Below the pieces are notes generated by a model. The model saw only the letters and a list, made by a program, of their open reading frames with translations, had not been told where the DNA came from and did not search any database. From Felis catus (lineage: Eukaryota), in the NCBI RefSeq assembly GCF_018350175.1, contig NC_058369.1, forward strand, positions 13,766,001 through 13,826,000: a stretch of 60,000 nt of DNA. Reading direction: 5' to 3'. Positions 24,935-37,718 of this stretch are shown in pieces (the stretch's first letter is position 1; every line of letters starts with the position of its first letter). The position numbers and the translations under genes were made by a program.

Positions 24935-26200
24935 CCACCATGCCCGGTCCCTGGCGATCGCCAATCTGTTTTCTCCTTTTCCAGGTTATGTATATGGAAT
25001 CATGCTGTATGCGTTTCCTGTGACCACGATAACAAATCACCACAAACTTGGTGGCTGAAAACAAGAAAAATGTATTCCCTCTGTGTCCTGGAGCCCAGAA
25101 GTCTGAAATCAGTATTCCACAGGCTGAAATCCAGGGGTGTGCAGGGCCACACTCTGTCCAGAGGCTCTAGGCAGTGAGCCTTTCTCGCTTCGTCCAGCTT
25201 CTTGGGTCTCTGGGCATTCCTCAGCTTGTGGCCACATCACCCCAATCTCTGCCTCTGTGGTCACACGGCCTTTTCCTCTGTGTCAAATCTCTTTCTGCCT
25301 CTTTCTTACAGGGTTACTCGTGATTACGTTTAGAGCCCACCCAGATAATTCAGGATGATCTCCCCACCTAAAGATCCCTACCTTAATCCCATCTGCAAAA
25401 TCCTTTTTTCCATCTAAAATCACATTCACAAGCTCTAGGGGTTGAGTCTTGGACACCGATCAGACCCCTATCCAGCTGACCGCACACACTTCGCAGAATG
25501 CCTCCGAGATTCACCCGTGCTGCTGTCTCCAAAGTCCATTCCTTTTTACCGTTGTTAACCTACTGTATTATGCCAGCGTGTTCATCCGTTTGCTGACTAA
25601 AGGACACAAGGCTCATCTCCTGTTTGAAGGACTAATGCATAAAGCTGCTATAAACATTCACATATGGGATTTTGTACGGACACGAGTTTTTGTTTCACCC
25701 AGGAGCACAACTGGGGGTCCTATGGCAAGTGTCTGTTTAACCTTATGAGAAATGGCCAAATTGTCTCCCAGAGTGGCCACATTCCCACCAGCAATGCGGG
25801 GAGTCCAGGGGCTCCCTATCCACACCAGCATTTGGCATCAGCTGTTCTACTTTAGCCACTCTCATAGGTAGGAAGTGGCAGCTCGCTGTGGTTTCCGTTC
25901 GCACTTCCTTATTGACTAATGACGTGGAGCATGTTTCATGGACTAATTTGCCATTCTTTCATCCTCGTGGTGAAGCGGTACAAAGCTGCAATGCGTTTTT
26001 AAAAACTGGGTCGTTTTCTTAGTATTGCATTTTGAGAGCTCTTTATATGTCTGGATACAAGAGTTTTATCACGCGAGTTTTGCAAAATCTCTCCCAGTCC
26101 TTGGCCTTTTTATTCTCTTCCCAGTCCTTCAAAGAGAAGTTCTTAATTCTGATGAAGGGGCACTTACCAATTTTTTCTTTCATGGGACTTGTTCTTTGGA
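24935..26200 (-). mobile_element. Old L1 (L1MC/ME-like) 3' region, interrupted by MLT1
   Basis: ataaagctgctataaacattca, tgtttaaccttatgagaaatggccaaattg, cattcccaccagcaatg and tgactaatgacgtggagcatgtttcatg are antisense L1 3' hallmarks. Confidence 0.75.
25006..25487 (-). mobile_element. MLT1C-like ERVL-MaLR solo LTR
   Basis: ataacaaatcaccacaaacttggtggctgaaaacaag...cagaagtctgaaatcag...cccacccagataattcaggatgatctccc...ccttaatcccatctgcaaa. Confidence 0.8.
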
Positions 26201-29200
26201 GTTATAGCTAGCTACCCCTTGGCTTTTCTGAAATAGTCCTGTTTTATGAAAATCTAAATCGCCATTCTTACCAACGTTCCCTTCCTTTCCCAAAAAAGAA
26301 GCTGTAGGGAACTGCCAGGTCCAGCCCCCTCGGCCCAGTCCCCGCTGAAGTGTTTCTCTCAGATGCTCGTGTCTGCACACTCCCTGGATCACGACCCTGG
26401 ATGCTCCCTGGATGCTGACCACTTGGACACCGTCTGGTTTCGGCCTTATGACCCTGGCGGGTTGGGCCAGGTACCGTCCTCCCACCACACCCGCCCTTTG
26501 CCCTGAAGTACAGCTCTCACTACTTCAAGGCCTCCATACTGGTACAGCCAAGTTGGGCCTGGGCCACACGGGGCCAAGATCATTCCCCCGCGGGGTTCCC
26601 TGTGTCCCCTCGTGTATCGGCCAACACAACCACCCTTAGGTGCCCAAAGCGGTGGCCCTACAGACGGGACACTGAGTGAATCAGCACATAGGGTACATCA
26701 GGACACAGGAAGTGCACAAGGACCCATGGGGCATGGTCGGGCGCATGCTCTGCTCACATGAGGGTGGGCAGCATCTGAACCCTGACCAAAGCGGGTACTG
26801 CATGGGCTCGCTGGGCACAGGCTCTGCACAGAAACTGCAGCCAAATCGAACACAACAACTTGTGGTATCTCGGCTGGCAGCCATCATGAAGCCCCTTCTT
26901 CAACTATCCAGACATCAAGGTTCCCACTGTTACAACTGAGGAAAATGAGGCAGAGAGAGAAGACACGGCTGCTGGAGGTCACAGGTGGGGCTGGGGTTCT
27001 CTGAGCTGTGCAACCCGCGCCTGGGCCTGGGCCTGGCCCTCTTTTCAACACCTCTGTCTCATTATTTCATCTTTCCCATCTGCCTTTCCTCAACGAGAAA
27101 AAGTAAGAAGCCGCCCTGCCTCGATCCTTGCTGCACGCCCCCAGGACACACAGCCCACAGTGCTGAGCACAGCTTGTGCAGGGGCCAGGCCCACACACCG
27201 GACCCGACCCCTCTGTCCCCACGGTGGCCAAGGGCCGAACCTCCAATCTCATCGCTCCTGGGACCTGAGACTCCCCTGTCTGGGCACGAGCCAACCTCGG
27301 GAAGGTACATCCTTGGCCTCTTCTCTCTCTCTCTCTTTCTCGCCTCAGTCCAGGAACACAGGAAACGCAGATACACGAGCAAGAAAGCACACAGAGCACT
27401 TTGCACCAAGGCTCTTCCGCCACAGCCTCATGAGGAGCCCGAGTGCCGAGTGGGCTTCTTCTGTTTTTCTAACTCGACTAACACTCATCATACCAGGCAC
27501 TGAACTCCGTGTCGAACTTCACTCCGCCCAGAGCCGGTGGGCAGGAGTGGGGAGCATGACAGCTCCACTCCCCACACAGCTGAGAGAGGATCGAGTGACA
27601 GTGGAGGAAGCTGAGGGCCTGACCTAGGTCACGGGGTCCTCTGGGGCACAGCCTGGGATTCGGGCTGCCCAATGTTCCACATCTCACGGTGGGCTCGGCT
27701 TGCTTGTCTCCCGTCTCATCACTGCCCCCTGCAAAGTGCCACCAACTTGCCTCTGGAGACGCAGGCCCAAATCACAGACAGATTAAAGCCCTGGCTGCAA
27801 ACTCAGATCTCTCTTCCCTTTGGGGTGCAATGGTACCCCACGGCCTCTGGCCAGTGCCCACTGAAACATCACCCTCCTACATCCCTGTCACACACACATG
27901 ACCTGCAGCTGGGAGCTACCAGGTCAGGGACCTTACCCAGCCTCAGCGCTCAGTGTGGATCCAGCCTCGTCACCTGGGCACGCGTCCTGAATCCACAGCC
28001 CCTCCACCCCCTCCATCCCCAGTAAGCCTCTGGGTGACGCCAGCCTCCAACCAGCCTGAGTATCAGCTCCAGGCCGTGCTCAGCACCCTCTGCCCCCTTT
28101 ATCAGGATACCAGAGTAAATCCTAACTGCTCAGGAACACAGAGAAGGCCGACCCTGCCATCTGCCACCTGGGGCACTGGGAACAGGGGCTGCCTCTGAGC
28201 AGAGCCAGCCTGTATGCAACTGGGCCAAGGAGGCTGCCTCTGCCATAAGGCTGGTTCAGACACTTGACCTGGGACCACAGGGAGAAGTTCACCTGGGAAA
28301 CCCCTTCCAAGAGCTCAACAGACAGCCTGAAGGCTTTAGGGGAAACGTGTGGACAAGCCAACCTCTCCAGAGAGCTCAGTCACCCTCTCTCATTCTAGAA
28401 GCTCTAATATTTTGAGCCAGAACATTCCAACATCTCAAAGAGGTGTCAAAATTGTCTGGGGCTCAGGGCCCACCCACACGGCAGTTCTGAGTCCCTCAGT
28501 CACTGGCAACACGCTCTTGCTGACATCAGAGGGAGGGCACCGGGCCCAGGGCTCGGCCAGGGCTACTCTCTAATGTGCCGACAGGAGGAGAGCAGAGTGG
28601 ATGTGATCAACGCGTGTGAGGTGGTTACACTGGGCAGTGAAGCTGCAGAAGGCCGACCCCGCTGCCTTGAGCCCATGTCTTCCTTCTTCTGGAGGAGTGT
28701 GCAGGCACCATGCAGGGAACCAGGCTTGGGGTTCCGGAGTCAGGCTCACAGCAGCCAACTAGCTCAGATATAGGCCCTTAGTTACTAGCTGCACATCTCA
28801 GAAAAGCTCTCACCCTCACTAGGTCTGACGCAAAGCGTGCTGCATGAAATCCATGTATTTCTAACTTTGGAGAAGCAGAATCTGACCTGGCCAAGGTCGT
28901 GCCAGGCTAGGTCCCGCAGGGAGGCTCCAGGACCAAACGACACCCTGTGTCCTGCACCCACAGAGCGTCACCAAGTCTCCTCAATGAGGTCCCCTGTGGT
29001 TGCCAGGCACTCAGGTTTCATCACTATTAGAGCCAAGAACAGATCAGTCCCTTCAGATCCTGGCTTGGCTTCCAACGGGCCCCATTGTTAGTCTTTGGGA
29101 CAACAAGATCCTCTATCACCTAGATAAACAGAATGGACCTTCCTGGAATAATCTGGACTTTCAGACTCTGGATGCCCAGGAGCTGTGGAGCCCAGGGGGA

Positions 29201-29739
29201 CAGAGCCCATCTACCCATCCGGCTATACTCTCAGCCACTGGCTTCAGACCTATTCCAAGAAAGGCCCTCTGCCTGCTACTCCCACCTGATGCTAAGTATG
29301 GCCCTCTCTAAGCACTGACAGTCTGGCTGAAGGAGCAGGCATCCTCAGCTACCCTCCATCTGAGGGCACCTGGCAGATGAGCAGTGAGCGAAGTCTGTCC
29401 CACCCTGCTTCTCTCTGCACGTCAGCTGCCACCTGGCTCCCATGACACAAAAGGATCAGCCCTGTTGCTGGGTTAAGTCATGCATAAGCATCCCCCAAGA
29501 CCCACCAACTGAGTACTCCCTAGAGAGATGACCATCCATTAGAGCACACTGCCCATGAAAAATGGTGCCAAACCGGGCTCATCCTGCAAAGCACACGGGG
29601 CAGCAGTGCCCGTCCATCTCTCGTGTGGTGAAGGCAGAGGGCAGCATGTGCTCTGCCAGGTGTCTAGTGCCCACCTACCCTCCGAAGCCTGACCGCGGGG
29701 ACCCCCTGTGTACACGGTCACGCCTTTCCGGGGCCAACT

Positions 29740-29842
29740 TCAGGCAGATGAGGAAACTGAGGCTCAGGGAAGCCAACCAACTTGCTCGAGGTCATCTGCT
29801 CAGTAAGCAGCAAAGCACGCAGCACTCGAACCCAGGACTCCC
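29740..29842 (-). mobile_element. MIR fragment
   Basis: cagatgaggaaactgaggctcagggaagc...cttgctcgaggtca...ctcgaacccagg is the MIR core. Confidence 0.7.
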
Positions 29843-30335
29843 TCAAATAAGGAGGGAGCAGGCCCTCTACTACGTGGGATGTGTCTTTTCTCCTGGTCGC
29901 CTTTCTTCCACATCAGCAGGGTCATGCTACTCTGGACGTGCCTGCTTCCCTCCCAAACCGGCTGCCCAGCATCCTCAACTGGAGCTATGCGGAGTGCTCC
30001 CCACTTCTGCAGGTCTGCTGTCCTTAACCCGCCTGCTGGGGAAGAGTCTTGCTCTGAAAACACATTCGTGTTCAGCCAAAAGTCTGAAACTGTCATAGGC
30101 CTTTTTACAGAACGTTTTGTCACCTGCCTAAAAACAAAAGCGACTGATCTCAGCTCAAAGTGACAAGATGAGCATCACATATTTGCCAAGAGCTGATGCG
30201 TCCCAGAAACCAGGAGGCAGCTCAAGTTCTGCTGAGTGAACTGCAGACCCAGGTAAGAGCAGTGTAGGTGTGCGCGAGGAGCCCCTTCTAGGAGCTGCAG
30301 CACAATCCTAGGAGCTTAGAAGAAGCTGAAGCTTG

Positions 30336-30505
30336 TTTTGCTTTTCTTTCTTTTCTGTTTCTCCTTTCTTTTCTTTTCTTTCTTTTTTCTTTTCTTTTCT
30401 TTTCTTTTCTTTTCTTTTCTTTTCTTTTCTTTTCTTCTTTCCTTCCTTCCTTCCTTCCTTCCTTCCTTCCTTCCTTCCTTCCTTCCTTCCTTCCTTCATT
30501 TTTTT
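30336..30505. repeat. Compound polypyrimidine microsatellite (TTTTC)n + (CCTT)14
   Basis: Directly visible; the CCTT run spans 30441-30497. Confidence 0.95.
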
Positions 30506-30539
30506 TAAACTCACAAGAACCTTTCTTGGTTCTCTCTCA

Positions 30540-30746
30540 TTTTTAAAAAAATTTAAAATGTTTATTTATTTGGTTTTTTTTTGGGGGGGGGGGTGCAGGA
30601 AGAGAGGGAGACACAGAATCCAAAGCAGGCTCCAGGCTCTGAGCTGTCAGCACAGAGCCCAACGTGGGGCTCAAACCCACGGACCGTGAGATCATGACCC
30701 AAGCCGAAGTCGGATGCTTAACCGACTGAGCCACCCCAAGCACCCC
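30540..30746 (-). mobile_element. Can-SINE (felid type)
   Basis: Reverse complement of ggggtgcttggggtggctcagtcggttaagcatccgacttcggc. Confidence 0.92.
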
Positions 30747-30751
30747 AAAAG

Positions 30752-30973
30752 TATTTAAAAAAATTTTTTTTAACGTTTATTCATTTTTGAGAGAGAGAGA
30801 AACAGAGCATGAGCGGGGGAGGGACAGAGAGAGAGGGAGACACAGAATCTGAAGCAGGCTCCAGGCTCTGAGCTGTCAGCACAGAGCCCGATGCGGGGCT
30901 CGAACCCATGAACCATGAAATCTGACCTGAGGTGAAGTCAGACACTTAACCGACTGAGCCACTTAGGTGCCCC
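30752..30973 (-). mobile_element. Can-SINE (felid type), tandem with previous
   Basis: Reverse complement of ggggcacctaagtggctcagtcggttaagtg...; aa(a/g)agtattt flanks. Confidence 0.92.
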
Positions 30974-32070
30974 AAGAGTATTTCTTAAAGTATGTAAAAT
31001 CAGACAATCTCACTGCCATGGCGAGGTCTGGGGAGAGCAGGGCAAGCCCGGGTGGACTCCAGGCTGGCCACCTCCCTGCTGCATTGATGAATGCTCACCC
31101 CTGCCATGCTCCCTCCTAAGTAGACCTTCTCACCTGCTGACACCCAGGCCTTGTGCCCCTTCCTAGCCAGCTCTTCCAGCTCGGGAGGGGGCCTCCGATC
31201 TTACACAAGCATCCATCGATTCTTGCCCTGCAGCCCCAAAGGACCACACTGCCCCCTTTATTGGTTCTCAAACCCAGCACTTATGATGCTGCGAACCCCA
31301 TGCCACTGTCTAGGGCATTGCTCCTGGGATCCACCCCACTGACCTCTCAATGGAGAGCTCCTCGGACTTCCTACCAGGCACACTCACTCTGACCCCTGCC
31401 ACCAGCTGAGGGCACCTCTCTGACCAACGTGCTAGAGTGGTCTCTCCTGGCCAGAAGGTGAGTCCTAGGAGGAGAGTACGTCCCATCATGGCTGATCTCC
31501 AGGGCCAACAGCCTGGCACCAGGCTGACAGAGGCTCGGGGCAGCCCTAGCTAGGCTGCGGGGCAGGAGAGACATGCCGCTTCCAAAAGCAGGGAATAAGC
31601 GCCACCACTCAGCTCTCTCTCCTAGACACGATCTGGAAATAATCCCAAACTCACAGAAAAGCTGCAACAGTGCAAAGAACACCCAAGAACATTTAAACCC
31701 CGCACTGACCTGCTGTTGCTTCCCAACCTGCCCACACGAGTACGTGGGTTTTCTCCCTGCCCACCCCGCCCGGCACACCGTCACATGCCAATTTAGGTAC
31801 ACGCACTGGCTTTCTTGAATCACCTGAGAGCAAGCTTCACACATCACCACGTTTCACCCATAAACACTTGGCACGCTTCTTAAAAGTAGAGGTATTCTCT
31901 CCCATAACCACATGGCAGCTGCCAGCCTCGTCATGCTCATTATTAACAGGACATCTCCCACCACGGTCCACCTTCCGCATTGCCACCTGGCTCAGTGGTG
32001 CCCTCACTTACTCTCCCTCTGGCAAGGAGACTGGCATACCGCGCTGAGCCACCCCATCTCGAAAGTCAGC

Positions 32071-32296
32071 TTTTTTTTTTTTAATTTTTTTAAGTTTATT
32101 TATTTATTTTGAGAGTGACAGAGACCGTCCAAGTGGGGGAGGGGCAGAGAGAGAGGGAGAGAGAGAGCATCCCAAGCAGGCTCTGCACTGCCAGCACACA
32201 GCCCGAGGGGGGGCTCACACCCACGAACTGTGAGATCATGACCTGAGCCGAAACCAAGAGTCAGACGCTTAACCGACGGAGCCACCCAGGCGCCCC
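32071..32296 (-). mobile_element. Can-SINE
   Basis: Reverse complement of ggggcgcctgggtggctccgtcggttaagcg; TSD tcgaaag(t/c)cagcttt. Confidence 0.93.
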
Positions 32297-32762
32297 TCGA
32301 AAGCCAGCTTTAATCTGGAAGTTTCTCAGCAGTTCTTTGACGTTTAGGCACTGGCATTTTGGGGTAATACAGGACACCACCCCTCTTCCTTACTAGAGTG
32401 TGCCACACTTCAAGTCTGCCTGATGCAACCCAGAATAAAACTCATTGTGTGCTCCATCCCCAGGCCTCGAGGTGACAGTGGCCCTCCAAGGCACCCCACC
32501 TTCAGCATATGAAGTCTGTCTGCCCTCATGGCTGTGAACACTGATCACCCAGGCAGGGCAGCCCTGCTCAGTCTACCTTCTCCCTGTGCAGCTCACAGCA
32601 GACACCCTCTCCCCACAAACAGTCCAGGTCCAACCCTGCCACATACAGCTTCACAGTTGTGGCCATAAAACCAAGTTCCTGTCTCATTGGCCTCAGCAGC
32701 CCATGGTAAGCAGGAGCCCTCTCTTCTCCTTATTCATTTATTTACATGCTTACCATCAGCAG

Positions 32763-33318
32763 TGTAATGGTTAAATTTATGTGTCAACTTGACAAGGCCA
32801 GTTGTTTGGTCAAATATCAGTCTAGATATTGCAGCAAAGGCTTTTTTTAGGTGAGAAAAACATTTAAATCAGTAGACTTTGAATAAATTACCCTCTATGG
32901 TGTGGGTGGGCCTCGTCTAATCAGTTGAAGGCCTTAAGAGCCCAAAAAACCGAGGTCTCCAGCCTCCCAGGTCTGCCCTGCAAATTTTAGACCTACCAGA
33001 CCCCATGATCTCATGAGCTGGTTCCTTAAAAATAAGTCTCTCTTGGGGCATCTGGGTGGCTCAGTCGGTTAAGCATCCAACTTCAGCTCAAGTCATGATC
33101 TCGTGATCCATGAGTTTGAGCCCCACATCGGGCTCTGTGCTGACAGCTCAGAGCCTGGAACCTGCTTCAGATTTTGTGTCTCAATCTCTCTCTGCCCCTT
33201 CCCACTTGCACTCTGTCTCTGTCTCTCAAAAATAAATAAGTGTTTAAAAAAAAAAAAAAAAAAGTCTCTGTCCGTCTCACTCTCTAGTGATTCTGTTTCT
33301 CTGGAGAACCCTAATACA
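32763..33318 (+). mobile_element. MLT2C/D-like ERVL solo LTR (interrupted by a SINE)
   Basis: Starts tgtaatggttaaatttatgtgtcaacttg and ends ttctgtttctctggagaaccctaataca (TG...CA termini). Confidence 0.85.
33045..33262 (+). mobile_element. Can-SINE (felid type) inside MLT2 LTR
   Basis: ggggcatctgggtggctcagtcggttaagcatcc...; long A tail; aagtctct flanks. Confidence 0.93.
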
Positions 33319-33740
33319 GATTCACGGAGTGCCATTTGCAGTGGTCTCAAACGCATCGCAGTCATTAATCATCTTGATGCTCAGATTGTCCCAGGCTGGC
33401 CCTGGAGCCCTTGGTGTTGGCTCCTGACCCATCTCTGCCCTCCTCGGAGTCCTCTCTAAAGTCCTGGCACCGCGAGAAGCTCGGGGCTCCACTTGGCTTG
33501 CTCCAGGCACAGCAGAGGCATCACCTATCGCTGTGAGGAGCCCTGGTTCCAAGACTGAGACCTGGAAGCTTCCTCATACAGAGGCCCCCACCGGGATAGC
33601 TCGTAAGAGACAGCATGCGACAGAGGAAGTCGACAGGACACGGGTGTTCTTGAATGTGAGTGGGAAGACAAAAACACATCTATTTCCACCAACTGGACCT
33701 TGGCGTTTCTTTCAGTTACAAACACAAGCACCAAACCATG

Positions 33741-34035
33741 CAGCTGATCTTGAACAACATTGACTTAAACTATAGGAGTCCCCTTATACACAGGTTTTTT
33801 TGATACAGTACTTTAAATATATTTTCTCCTCGTGATTTTCTTCCTAATACTTTTTTCTCTAGCTCTCTAGTTTGCTTTATTGTGAGAATACAGTCCATAA
33901 TATGTACAGCATACAAGCTATATGTTAATTGACTATGTTATCGGTAAAGCATTAAGTTTTGGGGGAGTCAAAAGTTATACACGGGTTTTCAACCGTGTCA
34001 GCGCCCCAACCCCCACATTGGTCAAGGGTCAACTG
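33741..34035 (+). mobile_element. Tigger2a-like (TcMar-Tigger) MITE
   Basis: Terminal inverted repeats cagctgatcttgaacaac ... ttggtcaagggtcaactg; internal aagttttgggggagtcaaaagttatac. Confidence 0.85.
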
Positions 34036-34367
34036 TGCAGCAACACCCACAGTAGCAACTCTGATTTCTAAATTCAAGATACGTAATAGCAACTGAATGC
34101 TGTATCTCATCATTAACACGTTAACAATAAATTTGTTACTAGGTCACACATTTCTTGTGAACGCTTTACTCACTCTCCATGTAGAACGTTGCCTTGATAA
34201 TTCTACGTATTTTAGTTGTCTGAAAGGGATCCATGTTCAGAAAAGACTAAGGCCCCTGTCCGTGATTCGCTGACTTAACAGGACCTGCCCCAACTGAGGT
34301 TCAGCCATGGATGGCTTCACTGGAAGGTACTTATGAAGTCAACTGGAGTTTAGAAAAAAAAAAAATT

Positions 34368-34384
34368 TATATATATATATATAC

Positions 34385-34437
<53 letters not shown>

Positions 34438-34440
34438 TAT
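34368..34440. repeat. (TA)n microsatellite, imperfect
   Basis: Directly visible. Confidence 0.95.
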
Positions 34441-37400
34441 CAGCTTCACTAATCTGCTGTTTCTAAACCATACTCCTCACCACAGAAAGTCAGTGAACAC
34501 TCACCAGATAAGCCATGTAAAGTGTCAGCTCAGGCAAGGAACATCAGTGCCCCAACCTCTACACCAGTGCTAATGGGGGAATGACACCCCCAGTGTTTCC
34601 TGGTGCCACAGGGCTGGGGGCTGGGGGGCTCCATGCAGCAGGGAACACATGGACAAGTTCAAGAGCATTTGGTTCAAGTTACTAAAAATGCCATTAATTA
34701 TATCATGAACACAGGTGCACCTGGGCACAAGACGTCACATGAGTGAGAGGACACCTAGACGTGAATGCCCCCCAACCCCAGGCCCTGTTGGGAGCCCCTG
34801 CCTACCCCCTACCTGGCCTTTCTTGAACCTCCCCTTCTTACTCCTGGCACCTTTCCCCAGCATGTGGCCACCTCCCACAGGTTTCTAGGTTGGCACAAAC
34901 TCTGCTCCCTGGAGTGGCTGTCCCTCCTGTCCTGCCTGCAGCCCCTGGCAGGGAGCACCTATGCACTGCCCTCAGCTCAACCTCCATTAGCACACCAGGC
35001 CGTGAGAGGCCCTGCCCAAACTCAGGTACTCTGCAGTGTGAAAGCACATCATTCTCTTCACCCCTGGGTCCCACCAAGTCCTGACCAGAGGGAGCCCGGG
35101 TATCTTGTAAACTCAGTGACCTACTTGTAAACTCAGCAATCATTCAGCAAGGATCATGACAGCTTCTGATGGCCAACCCCGAGCATTTTGACCAAATGAG
35201 GTGCTACTTTGCATGGCCATTTGGGCCTAAAGCACACAGGTGCCTCCGTGCCCTCTCTGCCCAAGGTGTCCCCAGACCCTTCAATGACCAAAGGAGGGAG
35301 GTGACAACAGGCAGAAGCCGAAGCTGGGGAAGGCAGCTTGGAGCAGAGAGCAGGGCTCTGAGTGGAGCGGTCAGGCCACACACCCAGTCCCCTGCTCTCC
35401 TATCCTCGTGGCCTTGGACAAATGAGCAAGCTTCCTTGAGCCTTGGTCTCCTCTTCTGGAAAACAGGACCATGAAGACCAACTGACTAGGCTGAGAGGAC
35501 CCCAGGAAAGGCTGGGACAAGTATGTGCCCCACCCCCAACCTCATGATTCCTCTTGCTAAGACCCCCTTCTGGCCCCCAAAATGAAAAGTGTGGCTCTGA
35601 GCACCTCCCAGAGCAGGCCGGGCCATGCGGTGACCTCACCGTGCTGCTGCCCCTGATCCAGTGTGGTTTCTAACACCAACAGGGACGAGCAGAGGCAGGC
35701 ACGGCTGCCTTCATATACTGCATCAAGACCAGACCACTAGGATAACCGAGAAGGAAAGTGAGGGCTTACACCAATCAAGGCAAAGCATTTCTACAAGCCC
35801 AGGGATTTCTCTGAGAAATTAAAAAGGGAAAAGGCAGGAGACAGGGAGAGGTGGCTGAGAGACCGGAATGACAAGAAGGGGCCACTGTCACCAGAGCTGC
35901 CTACCAGGCCGTGCTGGGAAGCTCTGCCATGCACCTTCCAGAGAAGACCCTCTCTGTACCACGGCTCCACAGAGCCTGCCCCGGGCTCCAGGCAGCATAA
36001 TGACACTTTGTCCCTCCCAAGACAGAGACTGCTGGCCAGAGAGGGCTGGGCACCCCTAAACACACAGCATGGGGCCTTCATCTTGGGTGGAAAACAGAGA
36101 TCATTAAATGGGAGCAAGATGCCCCACTCAGGAGGATGGAATGACATCAACGTGGCTATTCTATTTTTCCATCTCTAACCTGCCTGGGTGACCCGATGGG
36201 GAGGGCAGGCAGGACAGCCACAGAGGTGCCCCAGAACAAGGGAAGAGGGACTCAACTCAGACCCACCGGGTTCCCTCGCAGACACTTACAGGTACCACCC
36301 AAGCCAAACGTGTGACATCAACGAGCCAAGACAGCTCTTCGTCGTGAGCGTGTGACATGTGGCGTGTCTGAGGCAAGGGGAGCTACGTGTAAGCCCCCGG
36401 GGGCACAGTGGGTCCCTGCCTTATCCAGAAACCTTCTCAGCCTGCAGGAGGGGCTCACGCGCGGACCCCGAGACGATGCTGGCCAAAATGCCGAATGAGG
36501 CGGGAGCCTCCCAGAGCATTTTGCGATCTCCGTGCACAACGGAGGTAGAGCAACCACCAAGCTCAGGAACCAGCAGCACACACCCCAAGGGGTGCCCCAG
36601 GGAAGTGCCACTGTGACCACTCAGTTGTTCGCAGGGTCAGGCCAGCCCAGCCCAGCCCTGGCTACAGGCCGCGCCAGAGCATTTCCTGGACTCAAAAAGA
36701 AACAAGAGCAAGTCAGACGCAAGAAACAACTTACTAGAAAGGTAGTTTGGGTAGGAGGAACAGCAAGGCGAGCCCCAGTGGCTGCAGGAGCAGAGTGGCC
36801 TCTCCCTGCGGTGTGATATCAAGTGTTCCGAGGGAGCAAACATCACATCCGTGACGAGAAACAGCCAGAAGGAAAGATCGAGCCTTCCTACTCGTCAAAA
36901 CGAGGTCGTTGTAATCGTTCCATTTCAGGCCTGAAGTTGAATTTTGGGAGCAGCTCATGATGTGCGCCATCACGGAAGCAGAACCTGGCAGGACTCCAGA
37001 GCCGCCGCCTCCGCTGGAGAGGGGCCGGAAGGTCTACTTAGGAAAGGAAGACGGAACCGTCTTGCTGGCACTGGACAGCCGCGTGCATCGGCGGTGAGAC
37101 TGCGCGGCCCAAACCCTTTCCGGACTTCTAGGCTAGGGACCCGCAACTGACCCGGACAAGAGGTCTGGTTAACTCCGGAGGCCCTTTAACAGCCCCCTCA
37201 GGGCCTGAGGCCAGCACCATGCTGCCCACCGTACCGGTGAGCAAATGTCACACAGCCAGGGGCCTGGGTGACAAAGAACTCAAGATGGAACTCACGGATG
37301 AGGCAGGAACTGACAAAGCAAAACGCACTCCCCCCACCCACACTGGGTCCTGAGCTCCCTCTTCCACACCACCCCTGGCCGCTCAAACCCAACCCAGGGC

Positions 37401-37614
37401 TGGAGGGAGAGGGCCCGACCTCCCTTGAAAGCGGAGGCAGTGCCTGAAGGCGTCATATCCTTTCCTTACAGGAGATCGAGATCTGAGCAGCGCACCTGCC
37501 CAGCGTCCGCATCAACCAACCAGTCCTAGCAGGGACAGGGAACCAAGGGCTCATGAGCAGGAATGATCACTAGGCCACCGGCAGCTACTGGGAATTGAAA
37601 GCGAAACTGTCTCA

Positions 37615-37718
37615 GTGCCCAGAAGCTGAGATCAGAAGATTCACTTCTGCTCCAGGATCTGCCATTTAAAAGCTGTGTGACCTGAGTAAGGTACTTAACC
37701 TCTCTGGCTTGGTCTCGC
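37615..37718 (+). mobile_element. MIR fragment
   Basis: tctgccatttaaaagctgtgtgacctgagtaaggtacttaacctctctg matches the MIR core. Confidence 0.65.

Larger units (their letters stand above)
31630..33700 (-). mobile_element. Old L1MC-like 3' UTR, fragmented by later insertions
   Basis: ggaaataatcccaaactcacagaaaagctgcaa at ~31635 and ttgatgctcagattgtcccaggctggcc...ggagccctggttcc at 33370-33550 resemble the recalled L1MC4 3' UTR. Confidence 0.55.

Noticed and set aside
35104..35136. Short direct duplications (cttgtaaactcag x2; also cagaacgtgggc x2 near 23216 and tgtgcttcga x2 near 58666)
   Set aside because: These are ordinary slippage micro-duplications with no evidence of function.
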